A DNA stretch of 63,495 nt, counting the filler, from Bigelowiella natans CCMP2755 (taxonomy: Eukaryota > Protista > Cercozoa): NCBI GenBank assembly GCA_000320545.1. It is 5 parts of 5 records of this genome, joined end to end, with 100 filler letters (N's around TTAATTAATTAA, not from the genome) between each part and the next. Parts side by side here need not be neighbours in the genome. Positions count along the whole stretch, not along the records: positions 53,218 to 57,140 come from ADNK01003639.1; positions 57,241 to 62,122 come from ADNK01001241.1; positions 62,223 to 63,495 come from ADNK01000306.1; 2 more parts are not named here. One strand, given 5' to 3'. The notes under the pieces were generated by a model, which had not been told where the DNA came from, made no database searches, and saw only the letters and a list, made by a program, of their open reading frames with translations. Shown here piece by piece: positions 53,218 through 63,495 of this stretch. The position numbers and the translations under genes are program-made. The stretch's first letter is position 1, and each line of letters begins with the position of its first letter.

Positions 53218-53425
53218 TCACACACACACACACACACTCACTCACATACTCACACTTTCACAGTGAGAGAGAGAGAGAGAGAGAGCGAGCGCCCCCCGCG
53301 CCCTCTCACCCGTGTCAGACTCACACACACAGACACACAGAGAGAGAAAGAGACAGACACTGTCTCAGACGCACACACGCGCGCGCGCGCGCGCGCGCGC
53401 GCGCGCGCGCGCTCGCCCGAGAGAG

Positions 53426-53465
<40 letters not shown>

Positions 53466-53519
53466 TCTCAAACTCGCATCTGTGATATCACACACACACA
53501 CACACACACAAATACACAC

Positions 53520-53559
<40 letters not shown>

Positions 53560-53562
<3 letters not shown>

Positions 53563-54832
53563 CACCTTCTCATCACCGCCGTCAACGATAGCATTGGAAG
53601 CTGCTTTCTGCGCATCAGAAAGATATACATTTTATGAGAGGCAAAGGCTATCCTTGCATCGAGTGAAGGAGCACATGCGGATTGAACCTCTCTTTTGCCT
53701 GGCTTCGAGGCGTCCAATTTCTGTCGTTTACTAACTGCGCCTTTCTCCTCGTCGGTTGCTGCTGTCCCCTGCGGCGCATGGTCGTCTCCTTTGCGCTTTC
53801 GCGACGATTTTGAGTCTAAGCCTATTTGGAAAAGAATGAGGACGGTTCAGTCCGTGTTGCTTCGGGTCTTGCCCAACAGCTAGGTGCTACCTTGCGTTGT
53901 TCCGTTACTCACTGAATCCTGTTCTTCTTCACCCATAATCTTCATGCTTTCGAGCTCCGCTGTACCACTGCTCAGGACCTTCCGTATCTCATTATCATCA
54001 TTTTCTGTTTTCCGCGCTACGGGTTGAGTGGGAGGGGGAGCTGCCTGGGCCACGCCTTGCCCGCCAGCTTCTTTCTCATCCACGAAGAGGAACTCGAAAA
54101 GGTTATCTGTACCAGAAAGAAGGTGGTCGGAGGGGGGGCAAAAACACGAAGTAGAAAACTGCATTCAGAACCCCTTTAATTTTGTTCTCGAAATCTTTAC
54201 GCTTTCGAGTTTATACACACACGCACACACACACACACATATATTTCTGTCGCTCACATTCAATCGTTCGTTTTCTACCGGCAATAATGATGTTTTGGCC
54301 GTGGAAGAGCTCATCCGACTGCTCCTGGGATAGCTTCTTGGCGTCTTTGCGCGAGGCTCCGATGAACCTGAGGAATCGCCGGGTTCGACAAGAACAGAGG
54401 GGATGAAAACTGGTGATAACATCCGGTTTGTGTTAAATGAAGAATCGATACGTTCCATTGCTGGTGTTGCGGTCTTGGATCCACGCACGCAGGCCATCCG
54501 CGCCCCTCTTTACCTCTTATCACAAGGCACAATCCACGTCATTTTCCCGCCTTTTCGTATTTCGAATGATCGTTTTTCAGGAATGGGTTTCTCACCAACT
54601 ATGGCGTGCATCCCGGAGACGAATTTATTCTTGATGACCACCTGCAGAATAACAAAAGGGGCGTCGCCAACTTTGTCCTCGAGTTGCGTCAATAATATAC
54701 CGTGTTGTCACTCCTTCTTCCTATGGTGTTCTCGCCTTCCTTAAGCATGTACGTTTCCCCTGGTTTTGTCCCCTTCACTGTCCTCAGGCATGCTACGGAA
54801 CTTGTTCTTCGTTCTTGTTGCGCCGCCATCAT
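53560..54832 (-). CDS. FHA-domain protein, 5' part (3' end lost at gap)
   Basis: YMLKEGENTIGRRSDNT|VVIKNKFVSGMHAIV|EVKRGADGLRAWIQDRNTSNGT contains the FHA GR..S..H..D..SNGT motifs. ATG at 54832. Confidence 0.85.
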
Positions 54833-55291
54833 TGCGGTTGGGGGAAGGGGGAGGAGGAATTTGCTTCTTGATAAAAATATGCTATTTTTTATCATGCGAC
54901 AAAGAAATAATTAAGTCGTCAATGTACAAACCACGACAGCAGCCTTGATATTCTTCTGCGAGCACTGCAGATATTATACATGCGTATTTAAATTTACGAC
55001 AAAAGTTTTGAGGCTTGCTCTGCATGTCGCAGAAAAGGGAATTGACGGGATTGATATTTCATTAATAACAATAAATGCATGCCGTTTTGGGATGATTTGC
55101 TACGCAAACCCCGATTTTGACTGATTTAGCCAACCAGCGCATTCACCAGTCGCCGGCCCCCACTCACCTAGACGCCAGTACCTTACTGCTCACCCTTCTT
55201 TTCCAAGCCAACTGGGTGAGCCGTCCCTCGTCCTTCCTTTTAATCGTTCTCTTCTCCCCTGTAGAGAGAGGGAGACTGGGCGGACGACTCT

Positions 55292-55986
55292 ATGGAGGAG
55301 CATTATCACGTGCTGCAGATTCCTCCGGATGCAGATGACAAGGCGATAAAGAAGGCCTTTCGTCGCATGAGCTTGCTCAATCACCCGGACAAAGGAGGCA
55401 GTGATGAGGCGATGGCGTAAGAATCCAGCTAGCGACTCACCAATATAACCCGCATGGAATAACATACCTTAGATATACAGAGAGCGGTCAGTCCAAATAG
55501 AGTCACACAAAACTTCCTCCCCCGCCCCTAATCAGAAAAATAAACAAGGCGAACGCCGTGCTGGGCAAGAAGGTGATGCGGATACATATTTGGGGAGAGA
55601 TTCTAGCATATTTGAGAGGTAGGGGGTGATTTGGGGGGGGGGGTTGTTGGAGCGATGGAAAAAGAAGGGAAGTACGCGGATCATCACCGAGCCGTGAGAG
55701 ACCAGTCTCCTTTCAAACTCTGAGTAGTTTCCTCGGGGGGTGGTGTTGTTTGTGCGCCTGGTAAACTTGCAGGAAAAACGAGAGCGCTATGATAGACTGG
55801 GCGTTGACTGGGAGGACGGCGACGAGGTGGGGGAAGTCCTGTTGTCCGCTACTGCCGCCAATATTAGTTATTGATGAAAGAATAGGAGCACAACGCGCCA
55901 GAGAAAAACTATTTGTTCCCCTCCCTCCACAGCTCGACAGCTCTGAACCCCCCCCCCCCCCCCCCCCCCGTCATATACTACGGCTT

Positions 55987-56019
<33 letters not shown>

Positions 56020-56272
56020 GCAGTAGTAATACTACCACTTCTACTAACACGATATGGCATGGACAATCATGTTTGGTTTCACTCCATCGATATAAATAAT
56101 ACACACGCACATAAACACACGTCTTGCGCGAACACGCACGCATGCACACACAAATACACACACATACACAGGAGACCAAGTTTACCGAAGAGTCACGTGT
56201 GATATTGGTAAGTGGGTGCTGAGAAAAACAAGGAGAGAATACGAGAGGTTTACACGCGCTTTTAGGATGACT

Positions 56273-56315
<43 letters not shown>

Positions 56316-56720
56316 TATCTGCCCCGAGTTCGTTCCATGCTGAGGTACTGACCGTGATCAATGGCTCGATACATAGGAGCCAATCGGCAGCTACGTGCTG
56401 CGATTAGCTTTCGGGTCTGTCTACATATTCTTCATACAGTAAGTAAAAAAACGGATGCTGCTGTAGGACAAGAAATCCTTCATCATCATCATCATCATCA
56501 TCATCGTCATCATCATTATGATCATCATCATCGTCATCATCATTATGATCATCATCATCATCATCGTCGCCACCGTTCTTATCATTCTCAGCACATTTCT
56601 AGTACTTTGTATATATGAACGAGTAAGGCATATATTACACGTTTGTGTGTGTGCTTTCATTCCACCTGAGCTGGCCAAACAAATTAGGTATTTTTGGACG
56701 AGCGTGCTCCTTACTATCGG
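55292..56720 (+). CDS. J-domain (DnaJ) protein with downstream hydrophobic segments, truncated at gap
   Basis: MEEHYHVLQIPPDADDKAIKKAFRRMSLLNHPDKGGSDEAMA|KINKANAVLGKK|EKRERYDRLG with an intact HPD motif; later exons are hydrophobic. Confidence 0.85.
56481..56565 (+). repeat. Degenerate (CAT)n microsatellite in a DnaJ intron
   Basis: Direct observation; generates spurious poly-H, poly-M and poly-I ORFs. Confidence 0.9.
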
Positions 56721-56822
56721 TAGGCATTCTGCATTGTTTCTCTCTCTTGCTGCTGCTACCTGCTCGAATCGTAACATCTCGGAGAGTGCAATACGTACTT
56801 GGTTGGGGAGCTTCACACATTA

Positions 56823-56894
<72 letters not shown>

Positions 56895-57140
56895 CGCCCT
56901 TTAATTATACATCGGACAAACAACGACAATAAAAGGTGGGATCGGCTTAATGGCCACTGTACAAGAGGGCACAGCAAGCAGGTGCTTGTGTGGGTGCTGC
57001 TGCTGCTGCTGCTGCTGCTGCCTGTGGAAGTTTATAGTCTTCTCATGAGTTGTATTATGCATATTTGTATTGATGAGACGAACGAGTGAGAAACAATAGA
57101 TAATTGTCGTTCCTAACCCCTTCTCTCTCCCCCCCCCCAC

Positions 57141-57240
57141 NNNNNNNNNNNNNNNNNNNNNNNNNNNNNNNNNNNNNNNNNNNNTTAATTAATTAANNNN
57201 NNNNNNNNNNNNNNNNNNNNNNNNNNNNNNNNNNNNNNNN
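57141..57240. other. Assembly gap with artificial linker
   Basis: 44 N + TTAATTAATTAA + 44 N. Confidence 0.98.
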
Positions 57241-57544
57241 TTAAAGCGAAAACCAGTCCGAGAAAGACCAGAAAGATGCCCGATTATTATGATTTGGAAA
57301 AACACGCCAGTAGCCCTTGTGTCAGGATGAGGAAAAGGGATATTAAAGGGCGCCCACCAGGGAGGGCGGAGGAAGGAGGAGAAAGGGAGGGAAAGAGAAA
57401 GGATTGCTAAAGAGCAAACAAACGCTGCTCCATCGCTGCTCTTGCGTTAAGAGAAGCTGATGAAGAAAAATGCCAAGAAGAAGACGAAGAAGAAGAAGAC
57501 CAAGAAGAAGAAAAACGGGGAAAAGCAGAAGGCCGCTAAAATAG

Positions 57545-57710
57545 ATCACCACCCACGTTTTGACAACCATATGTTCACACCAACCAAGGTAATAATGGCA
57601 GCATAAGATAATAAAGGCAAAATGATGATAGAAAGGGGACAACACGATACTATACTCTCTGCATAAACAACCAAACAAAACCACGCAACCTTTGCCCGAC
57701 GTCATGTTGC

Positions 57711-57746
<36 letters not shown>

Positions 57747-57802
57747 TACTCTCTGCATAAACAACCAAACAAAACCACGCAACCTTTGCCCGACGTCATG
57801 TT

Positions 57803-57837
<35 letters not shown>

Positions 57838-58912
57838 CTCACACACACACACACACATGCTCATCGTTGTGTTGTCGTCGTCGTCGTCATCATCACCAGG
57901 CATGGATTCAGCAATGGCAGCGAAGGCTACCCTTGGAAACGGTGCTTCGATTGCTGGATTTCTTGCTTCCGAAATTCCACGCCAAGCTCGCCGAGGAGTG
58001 AGTGCTCCGTTCGAAAATGAAGATGCATTGCAAAACCATCATCGACGCGATTTTCCCGCCGGGGAGGGGCGTTACGGGTGTAGTTAGCGGGAATAGAAGC
58101 CACGATATGCAGCAGCAGCAGCAGCAGCGGTAGCAATGTACACACCACATGCTACTTCTACTCGGTCGTTTGGCATACACAGATAGACTGTTGGAAATCG
58201 TCAAGAAAACCACCCTTGTCGGCGTGCTTCCAGCCCCCCACCAGATCGTCGTGCATAAGTCCGTAGAGATAGAGACAGAGAGAGAGACAGAGCTGTAGTA
58301 CTGGGAGATGTAGTCGGTGCCATCCTCCTCATCATCATCCTCACCACCATTCCTGGTCGATTTCCTGATGTCTTCTTGTAGGTATATACCGAACCCTACA
58401 ACGACATCCTGGTTTTCAACATTCCTTTGGGGCATTGTGTACGTACCTCCCCCCCTTCTCCCTTCTCTCCTTCCTCTCCTTCACAGTCGCTCGTACAATG
58501 AATGACGCGCGTGTGTCTGCTTGCGCATTTGATAAGAGAGTAAATTATATGCTGTGTTTAGTTATCGCGTTTGATCACGCAGCACGCAAATTGTAATGGA
58601 CACTCGTCAACCAAATGCTGCCCTCTCCTCCCTTCAGATATCTGCGGAATCCTTCACTGTATGCTCGAGACAGCATCCAGTTGTTCCCCGTGTTCGACCT
58701 CCCGGAAAACGACGAAGATTTCATTTAGGAATGCGGTTGGAGACGACCTGGAAAGAGATCAAGGTTGCGGCACTCGGATGTGCTCGCGCATATCTCTCTG
58801 GTGTACTTAGCTGGATCAGAGAAGAGATACTTCTGTGGATGCGTGTGAGAGCACGAGCATGCATCATATATCGACAAGTAGTTTTCAGGTGCGAGATGAG
58901 AAGGAGATTTGA
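57545..58912 (+). CDS. HID1: HID1 / Ecm30-like protein, C-terminal exons
   Basis: FTPTK|AWIQQWQRRLPLETVLRLLDFLLPK...LLEIVKKTTLVGVLPAPHQIVVHK|YIPNPTTTSWFSTFLWGIV|YLRNP matches the conserved HID1 C-terminus. Confidence 0.88.
57649..57835. repeat. Tandem duplication of a ~94-nt unit ending in (CA)n, intronic
   Basis: ACTATACTCTCTGCATAAACAACCAAACAAAACCACGCAACCTTTGCCCGACGTCATGTTGCAC occurs at 57649 and at 57743. Confidence 0.9.
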
Positions 58913-59039
58913 AGATAATAGCAGGGAAATAGAGACGTGCGTCATTATATATTCATTTGTAGCTGCGTAATACAGTACGATCAGTGCGAATGTCCCAAGT
59001 AAGTCGTAATTAAAAATGTGCAATAAGCTTATAATCACT

Positions 59040-59420
59040 CCGGATCTAGCCTGTCATTGCACGTATGCATCTAGATGGTTGTGCAGAACAAACATGGCAT
59101 GTTTTTGTGTGGCGGGTGCTACTCATGTTAATCGTCAGAACTAGAGCAGCTTGATGACACACCTTGCGAGCTGCCGCCGGCAGTATGAAAATGTGTGCGA
59201 CATCCGTGTGGAAGTCCATGTGTGCTGCAAGCGCAAGGATCTGTAGTAGATGCCTTCTAGACACATCTATCTCTAGATCTTTCTCGTGCATGACAAGCGA
59301 GCGTATGCACACACTGTATCGTTGACCGGCTCGAGATCATGCGCCACGCCATAATTATGGGCCTTACAGCATGCACGATGGCGATGATTTGTGATGATGA
59401 CTAGCTGCCTTTTTAATAAA
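59040..59420. other. Weaker CTAG/CATG/TGCA-rich tract (convergent intergenic)
   Basis: About 6 CTAG and many CATG/TGCA, but some GTAT remain. Lies between the HID1 stop (58912) and the SLC35A stop (59521). Confidence 0.55.
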
Positions 59421-59520
59421 TACACCTATACATGCCTGTCTCGCATTGCATTTTCGCTTCCAATGGAGACAGTCTACGCAAACAAACTCATCAAGATTTT
59501 ATTGAGGGAAGTTTTCGTCG

Positions 59521-60516
59521 TCATATTATCCTTTTGGTGCCTTCTTTTGACGCTGCTTGCGCAGCAGCAACCCGTAACTTTTCCCGTTCGTAATAGTACC
59601 TAAGCACAAACACGAAGCCAAACTACTTATTTGGGCAATTCATGGGAAAAACAAAAATTGACAAATCAAAAAGAAAGGGAAGCAAAATCCCGGTAAAGGC
59701 GTCCAAGATTTTTCGATGGCGAAACTACCAGATAGAGCTCATCATGATGACGCTTGAGGATACGAGGGTCATATATCTGCAACAGCATCGTTGGTGGCGG
59801 CGCACTTAGTGAATGGTTGAAAACTTGTGGGAATTTGAGTTGTTTCGTCATCGTGAGAGAAAAAGAGCGAAGCTTATCTCCACTCACCCCAACGGCGTCT
59901 TGAGGGTATAATGAGCGATAACTACTTCCAATGGCGCATGGAATGCCTGAGCGTAGACCTTTGGAAGAGAAGAAAAAAGAAAGACTCACGTAAATCATTT
60001 ATCCGTTTAAATACAGGGCCTCTGCACCCCTCCTATCTCTGTTAGCTTTCGAGGAAAAAGCGGAGGCGAACGCACCTTAACGATAACGTTTGTGTATTTC
60101 AGGATGAGCGTCACCAGCAGCCCTAAGAAGCAAAGCAGAACAGGCACGCAGCATCAAACAGCCGCTCAGTGCCTCAAGAAGATGAGATGAGATGAGATGA
60201 GATGAGATGAGAGAGTGGATGATGTGAGTGGAAATGGAAAGGGTAGATACCAATCAACGCCGCCAGGAATGCAATACACACTAATCAAAGAATACCACAA
60301 CAGGCAGCATCTTAGCGTAAGATAGGAGCGGACAGAGCATATTGACGACAGGGATTAGAAACAATACCGCTGCTACTTGTTTGATGAGGTGCGCGTATTC
60401 CCCCCCGCCCCCTTAACCCTTCATAATATATCATGGTTCTTACTTGTGTACGTGTCGAACCCTTTGAACGCGCTTGCAGGGTCTAGAATGAGCATTGGCT
60501 TGCGCCCTGCCGAGGA

Positions 60517-60550
<34 letters not shown>

Positions 60551-60996
60551 GTTTAGCATTATGGCATTTCGATTGAGAAGACGAATAAGTTGTATTGGCA
60601 GCTGTCATCAGGGTTAGCGGAGATGCATCGGCTGCTGCCTCTTCTCCTGTCGCATCATCGACCTACCGAAGAACCATAGTGCACTTGCTAGGAACGAGAA
60701 AACATAAAGATACCTACGTACCAATCGTCATCGCGAAGCAGCAGACAACAACAGCAGCAGCAGCAGCAGCAACAACAACAATAACAACGCGGAGATGTTG
60801 ATGGAGGGGGTCTCGGGAATGGGAAAGCAGCATAACAACGCTCCAACAAAGGGAAGAGCATCGGCACGCCATCATATTTTGCACTGGTTTCTCACGTGTT
60901 TTGTTCGTATATTGGGACAGGCTCCTTCAACAGCCTCTCGTTGACTACGGATGCGACGGCACTCAATCCCGACTGAACGATTATATATTATATATG

Positions 60997-61034
<38 letters not shown>

Positions 61035-61889
61035 ACAGATATGATATGGACAAGAAGCGGAGGTAATCGCACATCCAAATCACGATTGAAGGGCATAATA
61101 CTAGCCCTAGAAAGCCTGCAAAAGCCTGGTTCTTCTTAAGCTACGAAAACAGGCAGGAAGGCGGCCATTTGACACAAGATCATCTTTCAACATGTTTTCA
61201 ACTGTATCACATTTTGTCGGTATGGTGTATATGTGTTGATGACCACTACCTGGAGCAAGACGTAGACTACTGTGTAGTTAATATCGAATCTGAAAGAAGG
61301 AGGCCAGCAACAACGAACATAAGGCTCCTTTCTCAAACTCAAAAATGATTTTGATGATAATGGCGTGTATGCTTTTAGCGGGAACAGGTTTTTTATCATT
61401 ATATTCTTCAAAGGAGGGAAGGGGGTGTGCGGCCAAGTCAGTAGCAGAGGCAACTTCACAAGCAATAATAACGACAACAACAAAGAGAGGTGGTGTCAGT
61501 TAGGATATCAGCATAACACTGCAGCATGTAATCTTACGTAAGATCGGGTGTTATTTGCGCGCAGAGGCAGCCACTGCATAGAAGGCTAAGCGCCAGCCAT
61601 TGTTTCGCGGAGATCTGTGATGACGTTGACGACGACACACAAGAAACAACAGCAGCGAAGAACTTTACTTAACACCCCAGCCGTGTGTGGTTGATAGAGA
61701 TTGATTATGCTCATATGGCAAACCACAGACGCAACGATTCGTACCGTTTCATTGAAGGCGATTATCCAGGCGATGGCAGTGAAGAACACCTAGGATGATT
61801 GACGTACCGTTCTTCAGTAAAAAATTGCAGCCGACGGCAAGAAAATGGCGAAGAGAACGTACAAGTGATGATGATTTGGTGATCGTGTT

Positions 61890-61925
<36 letters not shown>

Positions 61926-62010
61926 CCACGCTCTGATATAATACTGAGAATGTGGCCAGACTCACCTAATAACAACGATCATCGAGCATAGGACGTCAAT
62001 AATGCAAGCA
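59521..62010 (-). CDS. Nucleotide-sugar transporter, SLC35A family, 3' part
   Basis: VFFTAIAWIIAFNET|ISAKQWLALSLLCSGCLCAQ...SGLSAVASVVNERLLKEPVPIYEQNT|YLYVFS...FKGFDTYT...GLLVTLILKYTNVIVK|VYA...KRII*. Confidence 0.85.
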
Positions 62011-62048
62011 CACATGCACGCACGCCTATCTACACGCACACTTGTTCC

Positions 62049-62120
<72 letters not shown>

Positions 62121-62122
62121 TA

Positions 62123-62222
62123 NNNNNNNNNNNNNNNNNNNNNNNNNNNNNNNNNNNNNNNNNNNNTTAATTAATTAANNNNNNNNNNNNNNNNNNNNNN
62201 NNNNNNNNNNNNNNNNNNNNNN
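62123..62222. other. Assembly gap with artificial linker
   Basis: 44 N + TTAATTAATTAA + 44 N. Confidence 0.98.
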
Positions 62223-62305
<83 letters not shown>

Positions 62306-62329
62306 GGGGGGGGTGGTTGTATCTAAAGA

Positions 62330-63363
62330 TGACCGCATATGCTGACTGCAGCAGCTCACGACACACCGATTCCACCTGTGGACACTTAAAAGTCAGGTAA
62401 AGGAAGAACAGCCGAGGAGACGCTCACGCGGTATACAAGACTTGCCGCGAGAAATGGCGTCCGTGGGGACATGTTGTACCTGGGCGAGAAGGTGCGGCTC
62501 GAGCAGCGTCGTTCGCACCTGCGTGTGTGATGAGGGAGGTGGAGAGAACTTTCACACAAGCCATAAATGAGGGGAATTCCTCAATATGTGGTTAAGATTC
62601 TATGGTTTTCACTCTGCCCCCCCCTCCCCAAGCACCCGAAATCTCGTTTATCACCATCAATCCAAGGTCCTCTGCTGTATTTGGAGGTGGTTGCTTGAGA
62701 ACGTCATAAAGCGGGGGGCGAGGGTCAAGGGTGCTCTGCTTATTCTTCTTCTTCATCCTCCTCTTCTGCTGCCTGTTGGCTTCCTCACGGATGGCCCTCG
62801 TGGGGAAAAGAAGGTACCTTTTTTGAGACATTAATGTAGGGTAAATAACCTGCCTGGGGCAGTGATACAAATGCCTTGGAAACACACGCGCGCGCGCACA
62901 ACACACGCACACACACACACACACACACACATACACACATAAACATTATCATTTGAGTACACTACTTCTACTACTGCAACCTCCACTTATCCTTCCTCAG
63001 CCGATGCGAATACGTGTGCTCATTGTCGTACCTACATACCCACAACGCAACTCAAAGAGGCGGCGCGGTGCGGTGCGGTGCAGCACGGCGCACGGCGACG
63101 CCGCGAGGACTCGATGAGGATGCAGAGGGGGGCGGCTATGGAAAAGGACATTCTCTCCTCATTCTCTCCTCATTTCATTCTCTCCTCATTTCAAAGGGAA
63201 GAAGTTCGGCAAAAGTCTTCTCCCAATCTACCGGATCGTCCACTCATCCTCGCCATCGTCGCCGTTGTTTTTGCCTTTCCTATTGCAGCGAGCTACCACG
63301 CGGCCAGGGATATACTGCTGCTCCTTCTCCCAAAACACAGAGATCCTCGCACCAACGTGCACC
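62330..63363 (-). CDS. Internal exons of a protein with a Tudor-like domain
   Basis: VHVGARISVFWEKEQQYIPGRVV...WTIR|YDNEHTYSHRLRKDKWR resembles the Tudor pattern R.V.V.W...Y.G.V...I.YD; further GT-AG exons run to ~62334. Confidence 0.6.
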
Positions 63364-63495
63364 TGGGTAAAGAGGGGGGGGGGGGGGGGGGGGGGAAAAC
63401 CGCTATGAGGCAACCGTTTGCCCGTTGAACCCCCGGAAGTTTCCAAAAAATCGCGGGGGGTTTGGCATGCCTTAAAAGGGGGGGGGGAGAAACGA

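Noticed and set aside
56361-56823. Poly-His, poly-Met and poly-Ile ORFs
   Set aside because: Translations of an intronic (CAT)n microsatellite. The same applies to the [12 protein letters not shown] and ERER ORFs elsewhere.
57649-57835. Tandem 94-nt duplication (and 50172-50412) as a CRISPR-like or functional array
   Set aside because: Only two copies each, bounded by microsatellites; slippage or assembly artefact is more likely.

Overview
Eukaryotic nuclear DNA with GT-AG introns, the standard genetic code and many microsatellites. It consists of 5 contigs joined by four artificial 100-nt linkers (44 N + TTAATTAATTAA + 44 N). Signal-peptide plus transit-peptide-like leaders suggest an alga with a complex plastid, possibly a chlorarachniophyte, but this is inference only. 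About 21 intron-containing genes can be reconstructed by hand: PI4K-beta-like (5' part), an orphan with a bipartite leader, YJU2/CCDC94, a lambda-repressor-like HTH protein, a rolling-stone-like membrane protein, FHIP/FAM160, a multipass membrane protein, a coiled-coil protein, a PA-TM-RING ligase, RPL7, a hypothetical fragment, a PH-domain protein, an HMG-box + Zn(II)2Cys6 factor, PRPF38B, a DDX21/RH3-type helicase, a ZBBX-like fragment, an FHA protein, a J-domain protein, HID1 (3' part), an SLC35A transporter and a Tudor-like fragment. Two patterns are not explained by these genes. (1) Discrete 0.4-1.6 kb tracts have almost lost TpA except inside CTAG, while CATG, TGCA and CACGTG are enriched and CpG is kept. 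This looks like a reverse-RIP-like TA->CA/TG mutational signature, and most tracts lie between convergent gene 3' ends. (2) Gene orientation alternates strictly within every contig. Exon boundaries and counts were read by eye and are approximate.
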